This document shows, one piece after another, positions 11,411 through 24,097 of a stretch of 64,000 bases of DNA. How positions within the stretch are numbered: the stretch's first letter is position 1; each line of letters begins with the position of its first letter. The DNA lies in the NCBI GenBank assembly GCA_030390025.1, contig CM059440.1, forward strand, positions 23,002,001-23,066,000. The letters are read 5' to 3'. Below the pieces are notes generated by a model. The model ran no database searches. It saw only the letters and a list, made by a program, of their open reading frames with translations, and had not been told where the DNA came from. The stretch is from Squalus acanthias (Eukaryota). A program made the position numbers and the translations under genes.

Positions 11411-14400
11411 CTGCTCCTTCCTAATATTACTTCCAACCTTATCCCACTAGGAGCCATAAGACCCTGAATAATCTATTTCTTACATAGCTCAAACATTTCT
11501 TTAGCTGTCCCATATTCTGCTGCACAATTTACCTCCCTACTATCCTCTGATCCCCGGTTGCCATTTGCCTCATTATTCCACATTATTTTTACCTTCTTTG
11601 TTTTTTATCTTCTTGTTCAGCCAATGTGCTCATGGCCTTGCTAAATTTCTCTCAATATTCTTTCTGCAGCCTTTAAGAACTGCAAATGCAATAAATTGGA
11701 ATTGTTAAGTGAGACATCCTCACAGCTGTTCCGTATACTACTGGATTACAGCCTGGTCTTTGGAGCCAATGCTGTAATATAAACAGGGCAGTAATTTCCT
11801 TCGAGAAGCAAGAAATGCCACCTCATATGATTACAAAGCACCAGAGGTAGTAAAGATGAATGGTTTGTGTTGCTGTCGCTTGCCTTCAGGGTTGCTATTT
11901 TCTGCTGGGTTGTAGATCACTGGGAGAATTGTAGCATTACAAACAAGTTTGGTAACAGTTGCACATGCACGATCTCCATATGCTCAGCTGATCTGGTCTT
12001 CACACTGGTCTCTGCAGTCACCCCACAATGTAAATAGGTCAAAATCGTCAGAGCAGCATCTGAATGGTACTACCAACAGAGCATTGTATGCAGTATAGAC
12101 CAAGCCAACAGCTTCAGGCATCCCACATTTATCTACAGCATTCTTATTAGAAGATGGAATGCTTTGCCACAAGTGGATATTGAGGCAGAGACTATAAAAT
12201 CATTTGAAAGGGAATTGGATAATATTGGAAAGGGAAAAATATAAAACAATATGGGGAAAGGGTAGAGAAATGGGATTAAAGTAGGCAGCTCCAATTGAAG
12301 AGTTAGCCCTGGCACAGCCTGATGGGCCAAATGGCTATGATGCAAAAAACTGATCGGCATCAGGAAATCTCAATTAAATTCACTCTGCAAAATAATTAGA
12401 TTTAAAATCCTATTGTTGAATATTGATGCATGACTTCAAAATAATGGCTTCTATAATTTCAGTTCTGTCACACTTTTACTAACTGATTCCTAGTCACATT
12501 AAGAAATGTCCATTTTTAAGTCCCACAAAAGAGCTGGAGCAGAATCTGCAGCTAGCTTGCCTTCAAATAGATAGATTTTAGAAAATATAATAACATAATA
12601 AAAATCAAGAAAAAGCCATTTGGCCCACCAAAGTTCATCTAATATCTCAACTTTCTCATCAAAGCTCGTTCTTATAATTGTCTTTTTTCGCATCTTCAAA
12701 ATGAATAAACTGTTCCCAGTATAACTGTGCTATTTGGGGGTGGGGTGGGGAGAGAACAAAGTGAAAACCACTATCACCAGTAAGGGAATATTATAAACCA
12801 CCTGCCTCACTGCCAGTCAGAGTGCACTCAGTCTGTGTGGATTATTCAAAGAGTAAACTTCTCTTAACAGCAGGATGAAGCTCTAACTACCCGAGTGAGT
12901 GCCACTGAATGCTTCTAAGTGATGGGCAGGTGAGTGGTTCCCATAGAATGGAGGCATCAGTCAGCTCCTAAGAAAACACCCATCACAACCAATTTTCACA
13001 GAACCACTTTTGTTCCTGAAATGGGCACCGTCAAATGTGCTGATTTATTTCAACTGGAAGCAGCTGTTTCCCTTCATCCAGGGCTTGGAAAATCAGCGCT
13101 AATAAGTGTTCCCCTGGCAACCTCGCTGCCACCAATCAACTTGCGAAAGACAGGGGACTCAAGAAACCGAAAGTAAATGTTTTGTGCAACCATAATGAAG
13201 ACAACACAAGATACCATGTCACTGTGCTCGCAGTGTGTTCCCTTCACTTCTATCACTGTCTCCTTAGTTTTTCTCACAGATAAAAAAAACATTCATTCTG
13301 TTTGTACTGATTGCACTGGGGATATGCTGGATAGAATATTCATCCAATGACTGTGCTCATTGATGATTGATGTAGATTGTACTTACCAGGTTCCGTGATG
13401 TATCTGCTGTTTATCTGCTATCGGGATTGAAGATCAGTCAGCGTCTCGTGTTCAAAGTGCAGTCATTGTAAATCCTTTAAACATCAAATAGTTGGGAGAA
13501 TATAGCAATGAATTGGAACACAAACACTGTAAGGTGGAGTGGAGAGACACAGGATCATCCCCTCCCCATCAATCTCCTACCCAAGGGATCAGCCCTCATA
13601 CCCAAATGATCAACCTTCTTCCCAAGCAGATTAACCTTCTCCCCAAGCAGACTAACACCACCACACAAGGCATGACCTATACCACTCACAGGATAGATTT
13701 TCCACTTCTAGAGAGACATAAAATCAATTCCCCTTCCTCCAGCTGGCCCAGTCCCTGATCTCAGTGGCACTGTTTTGCAGAGGCAATAAGCAGAGGCTGG
13801 GTGCTACCCAGCCACATTACCAGCTTCAAAGACATGGGGAGGTCATTGTAGCCTCGACTGCTGGGTGGGAAACTGACAGGATTGGGTTGGCCACCCATTT
13901 TACACCCCGTCCAATGTTACTCTCTATTGAAGTCACTGAAGAGTAAAATTGGGCGCAATGTAAAAATGGGGTGTAAAACAGGCAGCCGACCCGATCCCGT
14001 TAGTTTCCCGCTTGGCAGGTTAAGTTCAACTGAACCCCCCCCACTGTCGCATATGATTTCACGGTGTAACTTCACTCTCTGACTGGTTTTATTTATAGCT
14101 CTGACTGAGTCTGTTATTTTTGTGCTTGTATAATATAAATAATTCTCAGTTATTACTTTCTTGAAGCTTACCAATAGCTTTTTCTGATGTATTTCTTTGC
14201 TCCGTGAGAGGTGAGGAAGAATTGTCATTGTTAGTAGTTTAGGATATTGATTTCTGTTTATTGCCATTTGTATTTGTGCTAGCAGCATTGATTACCGTGG
14301 CTGCTTCTGACTGTGAGAGAGTTAGAAAGCAAATCCATGTTTATTCCCACAGAAATACTGCATCTATCTCAGCTGGAAACGGGCACTGTTAATTCCTGTA

Positions 14401-14591
14401 TTAAATCTGGACTTTGCTGACTGCGAGCAATTCTACTGTTAATCTTCATCTTGGTGTAATAAGCAACAGTTCAAACGAGCTGGGATATTTTGGAGCGGCA
14501 CTTCACATGTTAGACAACTAAGTCCTGAGGAACTGGCTGCTCCCACACACCCCAATGTGCTGCCCATGTTCCATGATCCCGAGTTTTCATT

Positions 14592-14945
14592 GTGCTATTT
14601 CTCATCTACATGCTGTCCCTCGGCAACATCATCGGAAAACGCAATTTCAGTTTCCACATGAAAGCTGGCAACACCCAGCTCTACCTTGCCACCACCTCTC
14701 TCGACCCCTCCACTGTCTCTGATTTGTCATGTTGCTTGTCTGACATTCAGTACTGGATGAGCAGAAATTTCCTCCAACTAAATATTGGGAAGACTGAAGC
14801 CATTGTCTTCTGTCCCCGCCACAAACGCCATTCCCTAGCCACCGACTCCATCCCTCTCCCTGGCAACTGCCTGAGGCTGAACCAAACCGTTTACAAGCAT
14901 GGCGTCTCATTTGACACTGAGCTGAGATTCCAACCTCATATCTAG
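14592..14945 (+). mobile_element. L2-clade LINE RT fragment
   Basis: LFLIYML.LG.II...F.FH..AGNTQLY (degenerate YADDTQLY) and WMSRNFLQLNIGKTEAI. Confidence 0.75.
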
Positions 14946-15572
14946 GCCCATATCTCTAACATAGGCTCCTTATTAAAAAAACCTCCATATAGGGAAAATA
15001 CCATATGAAGATCAGAGGCTTCATTCTGTGAAGCCTTTATATGTTGATTGAGGTGATTATTTGAGAGAGCAGTGATTTGAACTATGACCTTCCACCTCCG
15101 GGGCGTAGGTTGCAATCCAGCCCAGACTGGTGCTATGAAGGTCTCTCTCTGCTAGTCACAGGGATTCTACGTGAACCGAGTTTGGAAGGTCCGAAACTCA
15201 GGGCATGAGTTCAGAGCGCTAATCTTCCCCTAATTGGCAGTCTGACCCAGAAGGATCATTGGTGAGCAATATGGAAAAGAGACAATTCTAACACAGAGCT
15301 GTTTCCTGAGGCATATTGTGAGGTGGAACTCCATCTTGATTGTTTACATTATCTGAAATTTGAGATTCGGGTTACTGACTCAGACAGGTTTCCACGGATT
15401 GGGAACTAGGATTGTTGGAAAGATCATAGAGGAGCTACATACTACATGTCAGTGCTTCAGTTTAGGCCAGATAAACTGTACTATAGATTAACTATGTGTT
15501 CTCAGCAAAGTTTCTTACCCATCCCTTAGCAGATGTATACTGGGACGAATTTCAGACTGTAATAAAGATAGA

Positions 15573-16570
15573 GGGGGTGAAATTGGGAATCGCCCTGTTT
15601 GGGGCGCTAACTTTTGAAATTTTGAAAATTTAGCGGCAGGCACTAAGGATTCTGAACTTCTACTAAATTGGGTGTTAGCGCCCCAGGAAAGAAGTGGGGC
15701 GCTAAAACAAGCGCTAATGCCCTTAGTGGGGCGCTACAGGGGCGCTACCAGCAGAGCGCTACTGAATTTCAGGAGCAATGCATTCAGCATTGATCCTTCA
15801 CACAGGTTCCTTCAGCTCTTAAAGGGGAGGTTGCATCATTGTGCAGATGCTTATTTTCACCATTGCTGGCTTTGAGGCGACCTGCGAGCAACTGAATCCC
15901 CTGATGGCTATGGCTGTTCCCACTTCCAGGGACAGAGCTGGTCGAGGGCATCCTGCAAGGCCATCTGTAGTCTCTGGTGCCGACACTCAGCAGCCTTCCA
16001 CCAGCCCTGCTGCAGCCACTGGAGCCCTGTTGGCCCTCCTACCTCTGGCCACATTTTGCACTCTTTCTCTGTGCCTCAGTTGCCTCCGACGTTGACGCTG
16101 GAGGGCGAGGTCCAGTGCCAGTACAGCCCCCATGAAAGGATACAAATATTGTACTTTCAAATCTCCCCTCAATGAAACTCAATAATCTTTTTGTGCCAGA
16201 ACACTCGTTGAAATGCAAAACGCGCAAATCGGTCAAAAGGCCTCTTTGCCGATGTGAAATTAACAACGCAGCATTGTTGGCCGACGAAAACTACACCGGA
16301 AGTGGACGCCTTTAAATAGCGCTCCTCCAGGGGACATCCGACTGAAAGCCGCCTCCTCCACCTGTCGCTGTTAACGGCAGGCGCACAAGCAGGGGGCGAG
16401 AGGGAATTTTTCATCTGGGGCGCAACCGAGGCGCTGTGCACGGCAACGATGTCACAATCTCCGGGCGCAGGAGATTGGGGCGCAACCTCATACCGCCGCC
16501 GCAAAACTCCCGCCGAATTTAGCGGGAGGCGTTGATATCGCCGTGCCCGGTCGCAAACCAGAGATTTCTA
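15573..16570. mobile_element. Non-autonomous Harbinger-family derivative
   Basis: Starts GGGGGTGAAATT; TTAGCGCC/GGCGCTAA motifs; interior peptide GRGHPARPSVVSGADTQQPSTSPAAAT resembles the ORF2 C-terminus GRGRPSGASAVSGSDEQQPSTSLAAAT of the 29719-33922 element. Confidence 0.65.
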
Positions 16571-17500
16571 TTTAATTATTTGTCTCCAGGTCATATAAAA
16601 TAATCTGTCTGACAGAATAAAAACACAGAGCGCAATGGAAGAGCAGATTGGAGGCGATGACTGATCTACTTTAGGTTGTATCCCAGTGAAAGAAATTCGG
16701 CAGAATGAAACTGTTAAATTAGTTGTCAGACTGTGGTGTCGAGCTTGACCAATTTCAGTATTCGCTCTGTGCCTATTACATTCAATATCATTGCAATGGG
16801 TTACTGACAGAAATTTCCAGAGAGACATGATCAATCGGTGCTCAGTCAGCACTGGCTAGATAACACAATCTGATAGACAGTTATCGGTAATTTGACTGTC
16901 ACTTACTGCTCGTCTATTGTGTGTTTCATAAACTCTAGTCCAGCCTTTGGACCATATCAATAAATTCAGATAAACAATGCAGAATTACATCAAATATTAA
17001 GAACGGAAAATCTGCTCATGTGATGTAATGGAAAAGGACAGTCATTGACAGGTAATGAAATGAATGGAAGAGGAAATGAGTAAGCAGCAGGGGTTGGAGT
17101 GATGGATCAGTTTCATTTTGTGCCATTTCACTGCAAAACATTAGCTTTAAAATCTATTAGTACTCATGTGTAGTAAATCACAATAGCACTGCCAGTGCAA
17201 AGACATTCAGTAGGCAAAATCATTAATGTTGCCTGCTGGATGATTTTGCTGTTTTCTTGATTTATCCAGAATCGGTGTTAAACTGGAGGGTGAGGGATTG
17301 ATTCATGGATCGGTCTGTGCTTGGCTCACTGAATACTCTCTGGTATGGGTTCTTTTTCTTCTCATTAAATATCCAAATGTGCTTCTTGATATGTTTGATC
17401 TCAATGAAATATTCCTTTTTGAGCATGTTCCAGACTTTGCACACTTGCTTTAGTCCGAGTTCTTCCGCACCTGAATAACAAGAACTGCTCCAAGAACAGT

Positions 17501-18060
17501 GATTCCCTGTTACTGCCCTGCGCTCCCAAACCACTGATTCCCTGTTACTGCCCTGCGCTCCCAAACTACTGATTCCCTGTTACTGCCCCGTGCTCCCAGC
17601 CCATTGATTCCCTGCGCTCCCAGCCCATTGATTCCCTGTTACTGCCCTGCACTCCCAAACCACTGATTCCCTGTTACTGCCCCGTGCTCCCAGCCCATTG
17701 ATTCCCTGTTACTGCCCCGTGCTCCCAAACTACTGATTCCCTGTTACTGCCCTGCACTCCCAGCCCATTGATTCCCTGTTACTGCCCTGCGCTCCCAAAC
17801 TACTGATTCCCTGTTACTGCCCTGCGCTCCCAAACCACTGATTCCCTGTTACTGCCCTGCGCTCCCAAACCACTGATTCCCTGTTACTGCCCCGTGCTCC
17901 CACTCCTGTGATTCCCTTTTAATGCCCCACACTCCCTCAGGAATGATTCCTTATTAATGCCTTGCATACCCAGACCAAAAATTCCTTGTTACTACCCCAC
18001 ACTGCCAGATCAGCGATTCCCTATTAATGCCTCACAATCCCAGGCCAGTGATTCCCTGTT
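17501..18060. repeat. 35-bp minisatellite, degenerating rightwards
   Basis: Unit GATTCCCTGTTACTGCCCTGCGCTCCCAAACCACT. Confidence 0.95.
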
Positions 18061-19155
18061 AACAAGGCTATAAAGCAGGTTAATAAGGCCATAAAATGCA
18101 AAACATGAATATAAGATAGTCACTGATAAACCCAATAAGGAATTCAGGACAAACTTCTTTACGCAGAGAGTGGTTAAAGTGTGGAACTCACTACCACAGG
18201 GAGTAGCTGAGGTGAATAACATAGATGCATTTAAGGGGAAGCTAGATAATGGCCTAGAAATTCGGGTGGCCGGCTTGCCGCGGGGGTAAGGATCGCGTGC
18301 GCTCTTACCTACCGCGCCTGCCGTTGTGTTTCGGGCCCACAGGAACTTCGGGTCCTGGGCCTCTCCCTGGTGCCGGCGCGCAGTGCTTGCGTGTCCCAGG
18401 GCGCAGTTAGTGCGATGCGACTCCTGGGATCACGTGGGCCATGGAGAGCCAATGGCAGCAGACCATCTTTCATTCATAGATTTGATAGGAGACCTGTCAA
18501 ATCTATGAATACAAATCGCCCCCAAAAGAACAGCTAAACCTCAAATAAATTTAAAAAAAACCATCACATTAATAAAATAACTATAGTTAAATAAATTAAC
18601 CACTTTAAACAAAAATTTAAATTTTTGAAAAAATTTAAATTCTTTTTAAAAGTTATAAAAATAAACTTACCTTTCTTTAAAGTCTCTAAAAAAGATAAAC
18701 CTGTTGAAAAAAATTTAAAATTATACTTAATTAACTACTTACCTTGTTCAAAAGGGGTCTTACGCCTCCTTTTTACTTGTGTAAAATCTTCCATACTTAC
18801 CCTCGCGTTGAAACCTGAAAAAAAACCTAAGTGTGCTGCGTGCGCACAGCCTCTCGTGCGCACGCGGTTCACCTAGGAACCGCCCCCTTCGCCATACCAG
18901 AAGTGCCGGTTTCCCGCGCATGCGCAGTGCATGCAGGAAACCGGCACTTCGGGACCGAATACGGGTGAGTACGCAGCGGGTACTCTCCCGTATTCGGCTG
19001 AATTTTTGGGCCATTGACATGAGGGAGAAAGGAACAGAAGGATATGCTGATAGGGTTAGACGAAGTAGTATGGGAGGAGGCTCGTGTGGAGCATAAACAC
19101 CAGCAGAGACCAGTTGGGTTGAATGGCCTGTTTCTGTGCTGTAAATTCTATGTAA
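18060..19155 (+). mobile_element. CR1 LINE 3' end interrupted by a MITE
   Basis: 18100-18250 and 19016-19155 join into a continuous CR1 3' end like 20095-20379. Confidence 0.75.
18251..19012. mobile_element. Harbinger-like MITE (762 bp)
   Basis: TIRs GGCCTAGAAATT / AATTTTTGGGCC; flanks AAT and ATT (imperfect 3-bp TSD); internal palindrome at about 18901-18950. Confidence 0.7.
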
Positions 19156-19187
19156 AAGAAAAATGAAATACTTGCATTTATATAGCA

Positions 19188-20379
19188 GTAGATGTAATTT
19201 ATCTAGATTTTCAAAAGGCCTTCGATAAGGTACCCCATAATAGACCAATGAATAAGGTCAGAGAATGCGGAGTCAGGGGACAAGTAGCAGAATGGATTGC
19301 TAGCTGGCTTCAAGACAGAAAGCAGAGAGTAGGGGTAAAAGGTAGCTATTCACAGTGGCAGAAGGTGGGTAGTGGTGTTCCACAAGGATCAGTGCTGGGA
19401 CCACTGTTGTTCACAATTTATATTAACGATTTAGACTTTGGAATCAAAAACACACAATTTCTAAATTTGTGGATGACACCAAATTGGGGGCGATAGTCAA
19501 TACTGAGGAGGACTGCAACAAATTACAGGATAAACTTGCAGAATGGGCATATAATTGGCAAATTAATTTCAACACAGATAAATGTGAGGTATTACATTTT
19601 GGTAGGAAGAATAGGGAGGTCACATATTACTTGGAGGGTGCGAGTCTGGGTGGGGTAGAGGAGCAAAGGGATCTCGGAGTACAAATACACAAATCACTAA
19701 AAGTAGCGACACAGTTTAACAAGGCCATAAAAAAAGCAAACCAAGCACTAGGGTTTATTTCTAGAGGGATAGAATTGAAAAGTAGTGAAGTTATGCAAAA
19801 CTTGTATCGAACCTTGGTTAGACCATACTTGGAGTACTGTGTACAATTCTGGTTGCCATATTATAAAGAGGATATAGAGACACTGGAGAGGGTGCAGAGA
19901 AGATTTATAAGGATAATACCAGAAATGCGAGGGTATACATATCAGGAAAGGATGAACAGGCTGGGTCCCTTTTCTCTTGGAAAAGAGAAGGCTGAGGGGT
20001 GGCCTAATAGAGGTCTTTAAAATTATGAAAGGTTTTGATAGAGTAGATACAGAGAGAGTGTTTCCACTTGTGGGGAAGAGCATAACTAGAGGCCATCAAT
20101 ATAAGATAGTCACCAAGAAATCCAATAGGGAATTCAGAAGAAACTTCTTTACCCAAAGAGTGGTGAGAATGTGGAACTCGCTACCACAGGGAGTGGTTGA
20201 AGCGAATAGTACAGATGCATTCAAGGGGCTGTTAGATAAGCATATGAGGGAGAAGGGAATAGAGGGTTATGCTGATAGAGTTAGATGAGGAAAGACGGGA
20301 GGAGGCTCGAGTGGCATATTAATGCCAGCATGGACTAGTTGGGCCGAATGGCCTGTTTCTGTGCTGTATATCTTATGTA
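19188..20379 (+). mobile_element. 5'-truncated, frameshifted CR1 LINE inserted into a Deu-SINE tail
   Basis: [43 protein letters not shown] motifs; ATAGCA duplicated at 19182-19187 and 20380-20385; SINE sequence resumes at 20386-20577. Confidence 0.9.
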
Positions 20380-21749
20380 ATAGCACCTTTCACGACCTTA
20401 GGACATCCCAAAGCACTTTACAACCATTGAAGTGCTTTTGAAGTATAGTCACTGATGTATTGTGGGAAACGCAGTAGCCAATTTGCGCACAGCAAGCTCC
20501 CACAGGCAGCAATGCGATAATGACCAGAGAATCTGTTTTAGTGATGGTGATTGAGGGATAAATATTGGCTAGGACATGTTACTGCTCTGTTCTCACAGAC
20601 CGGCACTTTATTCAGTTATTTAGTAAGTTTATTCAGTTAGTTAGTAAGTTTATAATTTTACGCTATTTTTTTTGCTGCCTGCTCTGGCTGGCCATGTTGT
20701 CACTCTGGCCAACATATTGACGTGCAGCCAGCCATGCTGTCTGTTCTGCTGGTCTTGCTGTATCTCCTGCCAAGCAGGCTGTCTCCTCTGCTAATCTTTC
20801 TGTCACAGTCCCAACAATTCTGTTACTTCCTTCCACATTGGGTTGGCCCATGCTGTCGCTGATTGACTCCCCGTTGATTCAGCTGTAGTGTTGCTGGTTA
20901 TCTTCCCGTTGGATCCGTCATAGTGCCATTGGTTCCCTTCCCCTTGGGTCATCCATAATGTTCCTGATTCCCTCCTTGTTGCGTTGGCCATGTTTGATGC
21001 TGCTCCCCTCCCTGTTGGATTGCTCCTGATGCCATAAAGAATCCTAAAGGGATCAGGCACTGGCTCTTGTCAATGGATGGAGAGAGGAACATTAATTGGA
21101 AATGTCTCAACTTTCACTCGCAGACTAATTGACTCATCATACCAAAAATAAATCTATTGCTCCTAGCTATTCCTCACCAGATCTAGCTGGGCTACATCGA
21201 GTGGTATCATGCTTCACTCTCCTCCACTAAAACCACTCTACTATCCCTCCCCCAATTTTACAAAATTTTGGGGCGGTATACTCATGTTCAGCCCATTTTA
21301 CAGCCTTGCGTTGCACTCCAAGCCAACCACTGCTTCCCAAATATGAGGCCATCAGTGAAACAGGCTCCAATTATTAACATGTTTCTTCTCGTCCTTTAAG
21401 CAGCTTCTCTCACATGCACCAGTGTTGCTGTGTGTGAGGTTTGTGGCATTCCTTCAAGTGTTTTGTTGGTTTGGAGGTTGGAGAAGTCTTCACTTCACAA
21501 GAATTCAAAACTGAACTCAGTGAAAATAAAGAAATTCTAATTTGTTGAATTGGTTCTTATCTCAAATGGATAATGGGAAGAGGGAGAAGTCAAATACTGA
21601 CAGACAAGCAAATAAATGAGAATTTAACTGGGAAGGATGGAGAAGCAGGGTTAGGGACACATGCAAAGGGAAGATAAAATAGGCAATTTGAAACAAAATC
21701 AGGAACAAGAAAAGTAGCTAAATAATTTAACAGATATTGTTAATGTTGA

Positions 21750-22370
21750 ACTACATAGAATATACAGCACAGAAACAGGCCATTCAGCCCAACTAGTTTG
21801 TGCTGGTCTCCTCCCATTCCAGCTGCCTTATCTCAGCTTTTCAGCATATCTTTCTATTCCCTTTTCTCTCATGTACATGTCTAGTTTCCTTTTGAATGCA
21901 TCTAAGATATTTGCTTCAACCACTTCCTCTGGTAGCGAGTTCTAATCAATCTCTGAGTAATGAAATTTATCCTTATTTACCTATTGAATTTATTTGTTAC
22001 AATCTTGTATTTATGGCCCCTAGTTTTGGATTCTCCCACAAGTGGAAACATTCTCTCCACATCTACCCTGTCCAACACATTCATAATGTTAAAGACCTCT
22101 ATCAGGTCTCCTCTAAACCTTTTCTTTCCTAAAGAAAAAATCCCCAACTTGATCAATCTTGCCCGATTGCTGTAATCTCTCAGTTCTGGTACCATCCTCG
22201 TAAATCTTTCTTGCACTTTCTCCAGTGCTTCTATGTCCTTTTTATAATATGGAGACCAGAACTGTGCACATTGCTCTAAGTGCAGCCTGACCAGAGTCCC
22301 ATACAAGATTAACATAACTTCACTACTTTTGAATTCTATACCCCTAGAAATAAATCCCAGTGCTTTATTA
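21750..22370 (-). mobile_element. CR1 LINE 3' fragment
   Basis: LYGTLVRLHLE..QFWSPYYKKDIEALEKVQ..RGDLIEVF. Confidence 0.85.
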
Positions 22371-23204
22371 GCATTTTAAAATACTTTGCTGACCTGCGAT
22401 GTTGCTTTTAATGATTTGTTCACCCTGCTCTTCTTCCAATAGTGCCATGGGATCTTTTACAGACACCCGAGCAGGCAGTATTATAAGCACACTTAGAAGA
22501 GGAGGGAAAGGGTTATTATCCAAGTTGCATTGAGTCACATTTTGTGGGTTAATCACTATTAAAGAATATGAAATTTACTTCATGCAATGAATTTTAAAAT
22601 GCATTGTGTTCCTACCAGAATCTCTTTAGATCTGCAGGCGTGGGCCTGTTTCTGAGGCACATTATGCCTGCCAGCAGCATGCCTAATGATAATGTGTTGG
22701 TGAGAGCTAGTCTGAAAGAAGAGACAAAATCACTTTTATCAGCTGATGTGAAATTGACGTAAATCTCAGGCTACACCAGAGGAGGAGCAATTGGCAGCAT
22801 TTTCCTCTTACGTTATGTCAGTTTTCCATCATAACTCAGGTTCTCAGGGGCTCGGGACCTATCCCGCTGATCTCTATCCATTAACTGGCCCATATTGATC
22901 TTCCAGTTTCATCTTCATGAAGGTGCTGGAAACGCCCACCCAAAAAGGAGCAGGTGTAACTAAATAAGGCGGTAATGACAAGTGACATCATGACTCGGAT
23001 TATGAGGTCAGTGGCAAAGGAACGACACTCGCCGTTCATCACGCTTCCAGCGGCCCACAGACATTTTGAGCGGCAACTTGTAGTTCCTAGAGATCATTTC
23101 CAGCACGGCGCCCTCTACAGGGGATCTGTGGCTTGTGTGAGCAGGCAAAGCAACAGCATGGCTCTTCAACCAATCAAATTGAAGAATCCTCATTGAGACA
23201 TGCA

Positions 23205-24097
23205 GGGGTAAAAATTCACTTGGTTGCGCCTCCCGTTAGCGCCTTAAGAGGGCGCTAATGGGGCGTTAAGCCGCTAACGCCCGGGCGCAGCGCTGTTTGC
23301 GCCGCTCGAGAACTTAACTTGAGATTGTGCGGCGGCGCTAAAACTTACCGCTGCGACCACCTGCGCGTGCAGATTGTGACGTCATTCCATGGTGCAACGC
23401 CCTTGGGGCGCCCCGTAGCGGAAATTGAGTGGCGCCCCCTGCCTTACCGCCTGGCGCATCCAACGACCAGAAGACTGGAACGCTATCAATCGCTGTGGGG
23501 CTGGGGGGGGCGCTATTTAAAGGGGGCCTCTTCCTGTCTTTTATTGTTGGTGGCATTTTTGAACTACGCATTCTGAGAGAGAGAGGGAGAGACTTCTGGA
23601 GAGATTCAACGTTGTGTGAAGGAGTTTTGGGTACTGAGCAGCACTTTGCAGGTTCATTTTGATTTGCCATTCCTTGTATCGATTTAGCAGAGACCGTGGG
23701 AGCTGCACTCTGAGCTCTTTGCCTGGTGCTCTCCATTGTTCTTTCCAGCACATTTGATGTGCAAGTCTCTCCAGGCCGAGATTCAAGGCAGCAATGAACA
23801 GGATGTGGATGGAAAGCAAGATTAACCATCCCCTTTAAGAACTGGCCCGTGCCATTGTGTGTGTGTTCCATTGCTGACTGACATTACATGAGCTTCGCCA
23901 GTGCTCCGAGTTAGCGCCTCACTGCTCGGCCTTTGCGCCTTAAGAGAGGTGTGCAGCGCCTGCTTTAGCGCTCCACTCACCTCCCGGGGCGGTAAAAGTG
24001 AAGTTTCCCGTCAGTGCCGATAATTAGCGCCAGGCGCTAATATTTGCGTCCGGACGATATTTGCGCCCCAAATGGGGCGCGACCTAATTTCTACCCC
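23205..24097 (+). mobile_element. Harbinger MITE (893 bp), non-autonomous partner of 29719-33922
   Basis: Identical TIRs GGGGTAAAAATT / AATTTCTACCCC; GCA TSD at 23202-23204 and 24098-24100; first ~330 bp and last ~190 bp nearly identical to the autonomous element. Confidence 0.93.
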
